Part shown: in pieces, positions 1 through 10,232 of the stretch
Layout: the number at the start of each line of letters is the position of its first letter
Position numbering within the stretch: the stretch's first letter is position 1
Assembly (NCBI GenBank): GCA_000004985.1
Contig: GG738871.1
Length of the DNA stretch: 64,000 nucleotides
From: Naegleria gruberi
Taxonomy: Eukaryota
Direction: 5' to 3' (one strand)
Program-made: the position numbers and the translations under genes
The notes under the pieces: model-generated
What the model saw: only the letters and a program-made list of their open reading frames with translations
What the model was told of the DNA's origin: nothing
Database searches by the model: none

Positions 1-142
1 AAGAGAGTTTTATTAGGACTTATCCATAATTCTAACAATGGTTGTTGCAAAATGTCAAATTCAGTGTATTATTTTGATGTGCATCCAGTTCAGAAGGTAT
101 CTTGTTGAGCCAGACACAATATTTCTGTGTTATTTTATAATT

Positions 143-611
143 TTACAATTGTCCACAAACCTCAATCTTAACTACACGGGCTGGGGTGGTACCACGGAGA
201 GGAACCGTGTTAATAGCAGTCACAACGTTAGTTCCTGAAACAACTTCACCAACAACTACTTGATTGTGACCAAAACTTGGCATTGGTGAGACAAGAATAC
301 CAAGTGTGCTGAAACGAAAAATTTCAAGTGGAGAACTCAATTTTCCAAATAGCACCTAGTTCCTTAATATTTCATTCCAAATTTTTTGGGTGCTATTCGC
401 GAACCTAAGGTTTTGCACACGCTGCAGCCTTTCTATTAATACGGAACAGATTACCTCATTTGTAGGCACAAAGTTCATTGATATTGCGTAGTGCATTGAA
501 TACAAGTTCTTTAATCATTTTTTCAGACTTGAGAAGCATGAAGAAGTACGCTTAATAAATCTGTTCAATCATTGTTAAATTGATCAATTATTGTGCTATG
601 AAAGAGTCTCT
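143..611 (-). pseudogene. Cyclophilin-like remnant: intact-looking C-terminal exon (143-355) plus decayed upstream sequence
   Basis: Minus-strand ORF 143-355 translates to ...PSFGHNQVVVGEVVSGTNVVTAINTVPLRGTTPARVVKIEVCGQL*, which matches a cyclophilin C-terminus ([10 protein letters not shown]...CGQL). The non-AT-rich stretch 356-611 gives only a degenerate LRFANSTQ-like trace of the LSMANAGPNTNGSQFF motif, and no intact upstream exons. It lies in tandem with the complete cyclophilin gene at 612-1284. Confidence 0.35.
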
Positions 612-1284
612 TTATTTACATTGACCACAATTTGTAATTTTAACCTCAAGAGTTGGATTGTGAACATTGTTGGTTCCTCTCTTTGTTGGAACTCCTTGTT
701 CAATATGTGTGATGACATCCATTCCGTCAATGACTTCACCAAAAACAACATGTTTTCCATCCATATCCTTATGAGCATTGGTCATGATGAGAAAGAGAGA
801 ACTATTGGTATTGGGACCAACATTGTACATTGACAAGAGACCAGGCTTTGTGTGACTGACCTTAAAGTTTTCATCAGCAAATTTTCCTCCATAAATTGAT
901 TTACCTCCTTTACCATTATGAGAACTGGTATCAGTTACATCACCTCCATTGATGAATAATCCTTTAACAACTGGTAGACACTACGTTAGCATCATTCGAT
1001 CAAACAAGAAACCTACTTCTATGAATGACTGTATCCTTATATCCAAACCCATGTTCACCAGTGCAGAGTGCTCTGAAATTTTCTGCTGTTTTTGGAACAA
1101 TATCACTGTACAATTCAAATGTTACCTTACCAACACTATTACCTCCAACTGAAAATTCGAAAAACACTTTTGGTCTTTTAACAGCTGGTGTTTTTGCTGC
1201 TGGAGCTGTGGAAGTTTTAGCTGTGGTTGTTGCTGTTTTGCTAGCAGAACTTGCTGGTTTGGTTGTGGTTGTTGGGGGAGCCAT
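612..1284 (-). CDS. Peptidyl-prolyl cis-trans isomerase (cyclophilin) with Thr/Ala/Pro/Lys-rich N-terminal extension; exons 1008-1284 and 612-970, 37-nt intron 971-1007
   Basis: Exon 1 reads MAPPTTTT...[54 protein letters not shown]. Exon 2 reads [60 protein letters not shown]...[17 protein letters not shown]...NCGQCK*. The donor is GTAGGT and the acceptor ctaccag. These are classic cyclophilin motifs. Confidence 0.85.
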
Positions 1285-1619
1285 GTGATTGATTTTATTT
1301 ATTAAGTAAATTAAGTTCAAGTGAGGGGGAGAGCAAACTTTGATACTAGTATGTGAGAGCCTTTTTTGATAAAAATTACCTCAAACACTTTGAAAGCATA
1401 GTTGCCCCGGCTCGGTGTAATTACAGGTATTAAAAGTTATTGCCTCGGATTTTCAAGTTTTTCACTTGTTCCTCAATAGGTGGGGAAAGTTAAACTTGAA
1501 AGTTAAAAGTGAAATTGAAGTAAAAGTCACAATTGAATGCCACATCACTTGACAATATTAATTTCGGAACTGAGAGGTGAATAATTTTCAAACATCTAAA
1601 AATTACCACAACATCAAAA

Positions 1620-3620
1620 ATGAACCGCGTCCAACATCAAACCAAGAAGAAGAAAGTCTTTGTGGACAATAAAAACTCTGCCTTCTCTCAAAGAAACACT
1701 GACGATGCTGCATCCACTGAATCAAGTAATACTAGTGGTGCACCACCACCATCCGAACATCAACAACAAAAGCAACAAAAAAAGATGGCTTTTAAAAAGG
1801 TGAACAATAATAACAACAACAACACTGCTACATCAACAAGTGCTAGTGGCAGTGTAAGTAATAGTGCCATTAGCAAATTTACTTGTTGTATTTGTTGTGA
1901 AGAATCAAGTGTTAGAACAATTTTCCAAACTTGTAACCATAGTGATGTCTGTCACAAATGTTCCTTGAGATTGCGTGTTTTAAACAATGACAATCGTTGT
2001 TGCATTTGTAAGAACGCTTCAGAATGTGTCATTTTCTCACAGAGGCAAAACATCAAGTCATTCTCGGAATATACAAAAGATGACTTGGTCTATGATGAAA
2101 CATGGAAGGTTTATACAGATGATTATTTATTAATGAATGATATAACTTCTCTGAGAAGAATAGAATGTAGGCTGTGTAAGGAAAGCGGTGTTACACTTGC
2201 TTTTGAAAATTCCAACCTTTTAAACAACCACATGAACGAGGTTCACAAACTCAACTATTGTGCATATTGTTTAGCGAGTAGAAAAGTATTTTTGTGTGAA
2301 CAGAAGCTTTATAATTGGAGCAATTTAATGAAGCATATTAGATTTGGTGAAGAGGATCCAAACTATGGTAAAATTGAAGGACATCCTCTCTGTAAATTCT
2401 GTAATGTTAGATTCTATTCCGATGACGAAATCTTTGATCATATGTATAAGAGACACGAAAGATGTTTTATTTGTCAAAAACATGGTGTTCAATTCGAATT
2501 CTATCATGATTATAAGCATTTGGAACGTCACTTTGATCAAAAGCACTTTTTATGTCCTCACAGTGAATGTAAAGAGGACGGGTTCAAAGTTTTTGAGAAT
2601 GAATTGGAATTGATGGCCCACAAAAATAGATATCACTCTTCGACCACTAGTACCTCTAAGAAATCCAAGACTCAAAAATTGGATCTTTCAACACTTTCCA
2701 CAACAACTCACCTTCCAACAGATGATGAAAGAAGGCAAGTAAGAACAGGTGAAATCAATTCATCTATCATTAGATTTGTCGACACTGCTGGTGATGGTTA
2801 TCACAATGACAATATTCATAAGAAACAACCAGGTGAATCATCTAACAATAAGAAGCAAAAACAAAAGAAGGAAAAGGAATCTAGCTCTGACTTTAAGGAG
2901 AAGAATAATCAACTTGTAAAAAAGATGAAAGAATTATTATCCGAGAATCAATTCCAGGATCTTAAGGTTCTGAGCAGTCAATTTTTGCGAGGTGACACAC
3001 TTGCTAGCGAATACTACTCAAAGGTAATCTCAATGCTGGGTGAAGAAAAGACGAAGGATATTTTTGATTTGATGGTTGAAGCAATTCCACCACAAGACGA
3101 AAATAAGAAGAAAGCTCTTCTCTTAGCTAAGAATACCTATCATTCTGCTGAATTTAATCCAAATTTGGGTAAGGAGGATGCTAACACTACCTCTTCTCCT
3201 CAATCTTCATCTGATGCTACACCTCAAAATTGGCCAACCTTGAATAATGGCAATGGTAATGGCAATAATAACAAGTCCAAATCATCAGATCCAAATTGGA
3301 ATCCTCAAAATCCTCAACCAACTCCAAATCAACAATCAAAAAAGAAGAATAAGGGACCAATTGCTCACAATATTACAAGAAATCCTGATCTGTTATGGGG
3401 TGTTCAAACATCTACTGCTCCATCAGGATTGAATAAGGAAATGGAATTCCCAACATTACCAACAGCACCATCATCTTCTAAGAGTTCAAAGAAAGCAAAT
3501 TCTAATTGGACCAAACCTCTCAAAGAAGAAAAGAAAAATAGTAACAGTCCATACTCTGAATTCGGAAACATCAAGGTTTATAAATTCAGTGAGAGTAAGA
3601 AGAAAAATAAGAATAAATAA
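1620..3620 (+). CDS. ZNF598/Hel2-like RING + C2H2 zinc-finger E3 ubiquitin ligase (ribosome quality control family)
   Basis: Single 666-aa ORF from ATG at 1620. It has an N-terminal RING (CCICCEE...CNHSDVCHKCSLRLRV...CCICK) followed by C2H2-like fingers (CKFCNVRFYSDDEIFDHMYKRHERCFICQ...HFLCPHSECK...HKNRYH), the ZNF598 architecture. The C-terminal region is K/N/S-rich and low-complexity. Confidence 0.8.
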   Translation: MNRVQHQTKKKKVFVDNKNSAFSQRNTDDAASTESSNTSGAPPPSEHQQQKQQKKMAFKKVNNNNNNNTATSTSASGSVSNSAISKFTCCICCEESSVRTIFQTCNHSDVCHKCSLRLRVLNNDNRCCICKNASECVIFSQRQNIKSFSEYTKDDLVYDETWKVYTDDYLLMNDITSLRRIECRLCKESGVTLAFENSNLLNNHMNEVHKLNYCAYCLASRKVFLCEQKLYNWSNLMKHIRFGEEDPNYGKIEGHPLCKFCNVRFYSDDEIFDHMYKRHERCFICQKHGVQFEFYHDYKHLERHFDQKHFLCPHSECKEDGFKVFENELELMAHKNRYHSSTTSTSKKSKTQKLDLSTLSTTTHLPTDDERRQVRTGEINSSIIRFVDTAGDGYHNDNIHKKQPGESSNNKKQKQKKEKESSSDFKEKNNQLVKKMKELLSENQFQDLKVLSSQFLRGDTLASEYYSKVISMLGEEKTKDIFDLMVEAIPPQDENKKKALLLAKNTYHSAEFNPNLGKEDANTTSSPQSSSDATPQNWPTLNNGNGNGNNNKSKSSDPNWNPQNPQPTPNQQSKKKNKGPIAHNITRNPDLLWGVQTSTAPSGLNKEMEFPTLPTAPSSSKSSKKANSNWTKPLKEEKKNSNSPYSEFGNIKVYKFSESKKKNKNK

Positions 3621-3730
3621 TCAATTTGTTTTTTAAAATCCAATCAATTTTTGCTTATTTCATCACCACTTAAAGCTGCCTTGTTCGGACATTTTACATC
3701 AATTTTTCACCAAAATCAGATTTAAAAAAA

Positions 3731-5367
3731 ATGTTCGAAAGAGTTGATGAGAATATTAATGCTTTTTCTTGGCGTCAACAGGCTGAGTATTTTAAAGTGT
3801 TTGTTCCTCTTCCGAATCCAAACCTTAAATCCAAGGATTTAATTGTAGATATTTCATCAAAACATATTAGAGCAAGCATAAGGGGAGGTGCTGTTTTTGT
3901 TGATGTACGTTAATTTAAAATGTTTTGAAAAAACTAAACCGAAACTATCGGAAATGTTATTTGTTATTATAGATTGATTTGGCAATAGAGATTGTACCAA
4001 CTGATAATGATTGGACATTAAAAAGAGGACACATTGTTTTTAAATTAACAAAACAATCTCCTATCGATCTTAAATTCTCCTTCTATTCACCAATACAATT
4101 TTCTAATGAAGAATGCACAGAATTTAAAGATCAACCTGCTCCACTTCAAAATGAAACAAAGAGTGATTATTTCAATTTGGTCCGTAGTGATATTATTGAT
4201 TGTCATGCAAAATATGTAACAATGTGTGAGGAGTTTGAAAAGTCAACATATCCACAGGACATGGATGAACAAACCAGAGAACAAAAAGCAGAGGAATTAT
4301 TTAAAATTGCAACAAAGGAAGAGGAAGATACAGATAACCTTTTGGAAGTTTTTAATATGTATAGGGAAGCAGCAGATTTAGGACATGGGCCTTCTAGAGA
4401 AAAATTTGCAAGACTTTGTCTTATTGATGAAAATAATGAATTCGGAATTGATTCATCTCCTGAATTAGCATTTAATTATATGAAAAAGGCAGCTATTGAA
4501 AATGGTTCTCATACAGCCTTATTCCAACTCGGAAATTACTTTATGAAGGGAATAGGAACAGAAAAGAATTATGAAAATGCTTTAATTTGTTTTGTTGAGC
4601 ATACAATTATTGACGGAAATCCAACATCAATGTTTAATATTGGAGTTCTTTATCATGAAGGAGGTTCGGGTGGAAATGGACAATCATTCAAAAAGGATTA
4701 TAAAAAAGCATACGTGTGGTGGAAAATTGCATTAAACCGTGGTCATGCATTATCAGCTTACAATATTGGAATTTTATTAAAAAGTGGAGATGGAGTTGAT
4801 AAGAGCTTAGTGAAAGCATTTCAATATTTTAAACTTGCCAATTTCATGAGTGAAAAAATTCAAATTCCAACTGATGTTCTAATTGCAATTCAAGAACAAC
4901 AATTTAATGTATTTAAAGGAGAAGAAGAAATAGAACATGATTCCCCAACAGATAGCAATCAAATAGACGAGAATGAAGAAACTAGAAATATGGATTTCAT
5001 GGATGAAAAGCCATTTAAAGAATTGGAAAAGAACCTAGTTTCAGAAGAGGAAGAAGATGAGGAATACGTCGATGAAGAACTAGATATTACCTCTAAATCA
5101 AGTCAAAGAAGTAGATCACCATTCAATCCACAAAGCCAAGATGCAACTCTTGAACAAGATAATGAGGACATGGAAGAAATTCTAAGACAATTATCAGAAA
5201 GTAATGGAAAAGTTTCTCCAAAAACAACATCAAGGAATAATAATGAAACAACTACTTCAACCAATCCTGAACCAAGCATTGGGTGGAAGGTAGCAGAATA
5301 TGCTCTGACAATAGGTGCTGTTATTGGAATGGGCTTTTTACTAAAGAAATCCACAGAATTTCACTAA
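3731..5367 (+). CDS. CS (p23/NudC-like) domain + Sel1-like repeat protein with C-terminal transmembrane anchor; exons 3731-3904 and 3973-5367
   Basis: Exon 1 reads MFERVDENINAFSWRQQAEYFKVFVPLP...DISSKHIRASIRGGAVFVD. A GTACGT donor lies at 3905 and a ttattatag acceptor ends at 3972. Exon 2 continues the CS fold (IDLAIEIVPTDNDWTLKRGHIVFKL). Sel1-type repeats follow (AADLGHG..., GNYFMKGIGTEKNYENAL, YNIGILLKSGDGVDKSLVKAFQYFKLA). The C-terminus has a hydrophobic anchor, AEYALTIGAVIGMGFLLKK. Confidence 0.7.
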
Positions 5368-5572
5368 ACTAAAAACTGAGGGACTTTGAAAGGACAACAA
5401 CAAGGCACACATTTTTGAAAGAAGAGTATCTTCTGATTATCAGGCTATATTCTACACAATAAATTTTACCATTAATATTATCCAGTCATTGGACATAAGT
5501 CCTGGAAATTCATCAACATGCTTTCGTGTTATTTGTTTTTCGATCATTTACAAAAAAAATAGCAACACCAGA

Positions 5573-7372
5573 ATGTCTTCTTCCCTTCTCTCATCAAATA
5601 AAAACACCATTTCCTTGTACGATTGTAATGATGATGGAGAGGATGTACTCTACAATATGATCAGACAAAACAAACCAAAAGAATTTTACAAATTATTATT
5701 CTATCATGCAGTACAAACAAATTTTAAATATTCAGCTGCCATCAGTTATTTAAAACAATTAATTAAATTATTAAATAATAATACTATATTTACTAAACCT
5801 ACTACGCCTAGTAAAAGTGCACCATCGGAAAATGATGTTTTTGACCAAACAATGAATTTGGAGAAGATAATCTATTTGAATAGGAATATTACTTTTGACT
5901 TTAAAGTTAAAAATTTGAATTTTCTAAATAGTATTGTGTATTTCCTATTTTTAAATTATTATAGTAAAACAGCATTGATCTTGTTTTTGGAAGCAATTAT
6001 GGAAAGTATTGAAAAACATAAACATACTAGTGTTGATTATTTAATTATTGGTCAAGGATTAAGAACAAATTATCAAAATAAGAAGGCAAAATATTATTTC
6101 AAGTTGTCACACCAATTAGACAAACTAAACTTTATATTGTACTTGTATTTATCAAATGTGAATAGATCTAAGGGTTATAGTATTTATCAGAATAGATATA
6201 TTGAACTTGGATTATTCAAAATATCACAAGAGATTAGACTGATTGAACAATATAAAAATAGTGGAGACTATTTACAAAATTATATAATTAATCAATACGA
6301 AAAACAATTGAATGAGATATACAATATTCTATACTTAAACAAGTGTGTAAATCTTAAAACTGAGCCCTTGTCAAAGGTTATGGAAATATCTCACAAGTTA
6401 GTTTTTCAATCCAATGACTCATATCTTGCATGGTTTTATATTGCATTCTTTTATGGATTTGAAATATGGGATTTGATTAAACCAACTGATGGACATGATG
6501 ATATCAAGGATGTACCACTTACTGATGGAAATGTTACTCTGAAGGGTATTTCTGATATTCAAAATATATCAGAAATTTATGAAATTTCATTGTATTATTT
6601 TAGAAAGTCCTTCAAACATTTATATTATCCACATGCAGACATTTATTTACCACTTATCTTTGAAAATATTGGTATGATTTATGAGAATGATGATAATTTC
6701 GAAAAAGCAGCCAAATATTACAACAGTGCATGTGTTATTGGAGAACAAACACAACATTATTGGGCTTTTTCTTCTCGTCTTTCATTCAACATTTATAGAA
6801 TTAATAACTTTGCACATGCCTATTATGATGCAGTAGTTATATTGGAAAATTGTATATTAAACAGACCAATAGAAGACATGTCATTTGCATCTCATCACTT
6901 ACTTAAATTATTGGAGTGTTTCTTAACTATTGCAAATGTTGAGGATGTCAAGAAGGTTATAAAATCAACCAGAGAACCACTCAATATTTTGGATATGGTT
7001 AATAATATACAAATAGAAGAGCATGAATTGGACGATGAAAATATCTTGATTAAGAAATATCCAAATTTAATGGTTTATTCACCTCCAAACATTACTGGTA
7101 CTGCCAATATTTCTAGTGAGGAAGATATTTATAAGATATTGAGTAATATCAAGGCAAATGAATATTTTTTGAGAATTCCATTGTATAGCACCAGAAGTAG
7201 ATTAACTGAACAAGAAAAAGTTAAAATAATTCAAGATTGTAAATATATTGAATCAGAGGAATTGGAATGGTTTATTTCAGAAGATGCCGACTTTAGAGAT
7301 GTCAATGATAATATCAGGAAGGAATATAGTGAATGGCTTTACCATTCACAGAAAACGAACAGATCTAATTAA
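5573..7372 (+). CDS. Hypothetical protein (~600 aa), Asn/Tyr/Ile-rich, possible TPR-like helical region
   Basis: Long uninterrupted ORF. The first plausible ATG is at 5573 (MSSSLLSSNKN...); the track start at 5489 is an alternative codon. No recognisable catalytic motifs. Its stop lies about 12 nt from the stop of the convergent gene at 7385. Confidence 0.5.
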   Translation: MSSSLLSSNKNTISLYDCNDDGEDVLYNMIRQNKPKEFYKLLFYHAVQTNFKYSAAISYLKQLIKLLNNNTIFTKPTTPSKSAPSENDVFDQTMNLEKIIYLNRNITFDFKVKNLNFLNSIVYFLFLNYYSKTALILFLEAIMESIEKHKHTSVDYLIIGQGLRTNYQNKKAKYYFKLSHQLDKLNFILYLYLSNVNRSKGYSIYQNRYIELGLFKISQEIRLIEQYKNSGDYLQNYIINQYEKQLNEIYNILYLNKCVNLKTEPLSKVMEISHKLVFQSNDSYLAWFYIAFFYGFEIWDLIKPTDGHDDIKDVPLTDGNVTLKGISDIQNISEIYEISLYYFRKSFKHLYYPHADIYLPLIFENIGMIYENDDNFEKAAKYYNSACVIGEQTQHYWAFSSRLSFNIYRINNFAHAYYDAVVILENCILNRPIEDMSFASHHLLKLLECFLTIANVEDVKKVIKSTREPLNILDMVNNIQIEEHELDDENILIKKYPNLMVYSPPNITGTANISSEEDIYKILSNIKANEYFLRIPLYSTRSRLTEQEKVKIIQDCKYIESEELEWFISEDADFRDVNDNIRKEYSEWLYHSQKTNRSN

Positions 7373-7384
7373 AAATTACACAAT

Positions 7385-8716
7385 TTACTTTTTTTTCTTG
7401 AAAACATAGTGAACAAACAACATTTGATCTTGAATTTCCTTCTCAAGAACTTCAAATAAAGAGCTAGGCAAATTGATTTCATTCATATCTGATCTAACAT
7501 TAAGAGTATTGTTAATTTCATCGAGTGTAGAGCAAATATAATTCTTTGCAGAGCTGTCAATCACACTACTTGTAGATTCTTGCATATCACCAAGAATTTC
7601 GAATGCAATTTCAATCTTGGTTTTCTCCAATTTTTGAGTTTCGTCAATGACAGTTGAACCCTTCTTTGGAAGCTTTGCAATGAGTTCACAACATTCCCTG
7701 TAAAAGATACATTTCTCCAATACACTATACTGTTCACCCATATTATTCTTTTCACAATGTTCTCTGAAAAGTTGTCTCTTTGTTGGATCTTTCATTGTTT
7801 CTGCTAATAATTGTGAGTTGAGTGATTGAAGTGTATTCTTTGCTAATCCATCCTTTCTAACCATCATTATAAACACAACTATAGTCACTGGAATAATGAT
7901 AATCAATGAAATTGAAATAATTATCAAATTTGCAATACTTGATCTCACAACATAATCATCGAGAAATTGACCAACTGAAGTAACCGATTGATGAAACTTT
8001 TCATACTGAGCATTCCAATCATTGAGTGCAGCTTGATACTCTGCCGAATAAAACAAACTCTGAGCTAGTTCAAATTGATTGTTTTTCGTATAATTCATCA
8101 ACATTTCATAATAGGGAAACATTGGAACATTCGAAGTCGAATCAGTTCCATTCAATATAGTCCACTTGAACCCAGTTGGCAAATTAGTTAAGATATTCTT
8201 GAAAGAGTTCTTGAAATTCTTGAGATTTGACGTAAATCTCGAATTGGTGGAATTATCTCTTCCAAGCACTGACCACTTCATCGTATCCCATAAAACTGTA
8301 TTGAAATACTTGGCATCACCACGAGCTATGAGAATTTCAATAGAAGTATTATTGGAAGTCAAATAGGTATTGATTGTGAGGCCAATCAAGGCAAAGAATG
8401 CAATAATATTGAAAAATAAACTTCCCAATGTAATAATTCTGAAATAGTTACATGATCTTTTCAATTTTTTAGTGTTTTGGGAAACTATCATGGGAAGCTG
8501 GTTGTTATTGGTGGAGGAAGATTGGATTTTAGACATGTCAGCTGTTGTGGTGTCCAAAGTTTTGGGAGATGTTGGATCAAAGTTTGCTTCATCTTTTAAT
8601 TCAATTGCTTCATAGTCCATTTCGTCTACTGCCACACAACTGGCATTGTCATCATTGTCTTGTTGAGTTGTGTCATCTTGATTGTGTTGTGGAGATTCTT
8701 CCATTTCCTGAGACAT
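7385..8716 (-). CDS. Two-TM sensor-like membrane protein with glycosylatable ectodomain (LIARGDA motif) and C-terminal RGS-like domain; paralog A
   Basis: ATG at 8716. TM1 is ITLGSLFFNIIAFFALIGLTI. A ~150-aa ectodomain follows, with many NxS/T sites and the motif ILIARGDAKYFNTVLWDTM...GRDNS. TM2 is IANLIIISISLIIIIPVTIVVFIMMV. The C-terminal stretch LFREHCEKNNMGEQYSVLEKCIFYRECCEL resembles the RGS-domain core (F..F...E.S.EN..F). It is paralogous to the gene at 9013-10155. Confidence 0.7.
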   Translation of the reverse strand: MSQEMEESPQHNQDDTTQQDNDDNASCVAVDEMDYEAIELKDEANFDPTSPKTLDTTTADMSKIQSSSTNNNQLPMIVSQNTKKLKRSCNYFRIITLGSLFFNIIAFFALIGLTINTYLTSNNTSIEILIARGDAKYFNTVLWDTMKWSVLGRDNSTNSRFTSNLKNFKNSFKNILTNLPTGFKWTILNGTDSTSNVPMFPYYEMLMNYTKNNQFELAQSLFYSAEYQAALNDWNAQYEKFHQSVTSVGQFLDDYVVRSSIANLIIISISLIIIIPVTIVVFIMMVRKDGLAKNTLQSLNSQLLAETMKDPTKRQLFREHCEKNNMGEQYSVLEKCIFYRECCELIAKLPKKGSTVIDETQKLEKTKIEIAFEILGDMQESTSSVIDSSAKNYICSTLDEINNTLNVRSDMNEINLPSSLFEVLEKEIQDQMLFVHYVFKKKK

Positions 8717-9012
8717 ATTTTTTTAAAGTTATTCGAAAGGGCTTTTATTAATATTAATGAATGACTTGTGGATGTAAACACCCAGAAATGTGCATGATTA
8801 TTTCTGTCATCACTTGCCATTAAGAGAAAGCACCTTACTTTGATGTTTTTTATTACGCTCGATAGTTTCGTATGAAATCTTAATTTGTATCTGCACTGTC
8901 TTTAGTTTGCCCATTTTTCTGACACTTTGATAACATCAAGGGCTTTAGATTCTTCACATCTCCCACAATTGACCATTTCATTGCATCTCAAAAAAAAAAC
9001 AAATCAAAAAGA

Positions 9013-10155
9013 ATGGCTCAAACTATTGGCGGGAAATCTGCAGCTGCTTTCACACAAACCTCCAGAACATCAAAATTTAGTAAAGGAACAATTTCTTCAT
9101 TGAGTTTTAAAATTCGATTGTGTTGTGGGGTTTTAGAACTTGACTGCATGCGATTACTGTCTCTAATTAGTTTATTTATTAACATTTCAGCATTTATTAT
9201 TGTTGCTGGTGTAACCATTGACATGTTTTCGATAACTAATCAATCCTATTCGAAAGTATTAATTGCGAGGGGAGATGCTTTAAATTCAAATGAACTAATG
9301 ATTGATATTGTAAGAGTTGGAGCATTATCCAGAAATAATTCAGAGATTGACAAGTGGTATTCGTATAGAGATCAGACAATTGAGGCATTGAATCGATTTT
9401 TCAAATATGTTGATCCATCTGTCAATACTACAAATTTCAATTCTGGAAGTAGAAATGGACGAGACATGTATACGATTCCATTGATGGAGGAAATTATTTC
9501 ACACCTGAAAAATCAACAATACGAAAGTGCACTAACTTTGTATCAGGGATTTACTTATCAGAATTTAACTGCCACCTGGTTTAAACAACAATCGGCTGTG
9601 TTTAATTTGGTAAAAACAGAAGGAAGAGGACAAGATGATTTAGTTTTGAATTCGTCTACTTCAAATTTGGTGGTGGTTAGTGTTTGTCTTGCAATTGTTA
9701 TTCCAATTGTTGTTCTAATGACTTGTTTGAATATTCGAAGGGAATCAACCATATCCGAAACTCTTCATAATTCTAGAGCTATTCAATTATTGGATACAAT
9801 GAATGATCCAATGTATTCTAAATTCTTCAAACAAGCATGTGTTTCAGAGAAAATGTTGGATTCGTACATGTTACTTTCTCAAATTCTGGAATTTAATCAA
9901 ATTCAAGACGAAACTGAGCAGAGAAATAAGGCTCAGTATATTTATCAAACCTATCTTGCAACTACAAGAAGGGTTCCATTCAAGTTTGTAAGCAAAACAC
10001 TAATTGCCAACATTTACAAGGATTTACAGGAATCATCATTGCCAGAAAAGGCAATTCGAGTCAGTGTGTTTAGAGAACTTGAGGCGTGCATTTGTGAGGA
10101 ATTAATTCCGGTTCATAGGATGTTTATGAAGACAATTAAGGATACTGGTAAATAA
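9013..10155 (+). CDS. Two-TM sensor-like membrane protein with RGS-like C-terminal domain; paralog B, divergent to 7385-8716
   Basis: ATG at 9013. TM1 is LLSLISLFINISAFIIVAGVTI. The ectodomain contains VLIARGDALNSNELMIDIVRVGALSRNNS, the same LIARGDA...R.NS block as paralog A. TM2 is LVVVSVCLAIVIPIVVLMTCL. The C-terminal LLDTMNDPMYSKFFKQACVSEKMLDSYMLL...YIYQTYLA is RGS-like. Confidence 0.7.
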   Translation: MAQTIGGKSAAAFTQTSRTSKFSKGTISSLSFKIRLCCGVLELDCMRLLSLISLFINISAFIIVAGVTIDMFSITNQSYSKVLIARGDALNSNELMIDIVRVGALSRNNSEIDKWYSYRDQTIEALNRFFKYVDPSVNTTNFNSGSRNGRDMYTIPLMEEIISHLKNQQYESALTLYQGFTYQNLTATWFKQQSAVFNLVKTEGRGQDDLVLNSSTSNLVVVSVCLAIVIPIVVLMTCLNIRRESTISETLHNSRAIQLLDTMNDPMYSKFFKQACVSEKMLDSYMLLSQILEFNQIQDETEQRNKAQYIYQTYLATTRRVPFKFVSKTLIANIYKDLQESSLPEKAIRVSVFRELEACICEELIPVHRMFMKTIKDTGK

Positions 10156-10232
10156 TCTTGTAAAAACTCCATTCACTCGTTTTGGTTTTATTACTTTCTT
10201 TTATGGTATTATACTTTTTTGGTAACTAGTTA

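Noticed and set aside
356-611. Second GC-elevated non-coding island as an snoRNA/ncRNA candidate
   Set aside because: It retains a faint cyclophilin-like translation and a proper acceptor for the downstream exon. A decayed coding sequence (pseudogene) explains the composition better than an RNA gene.
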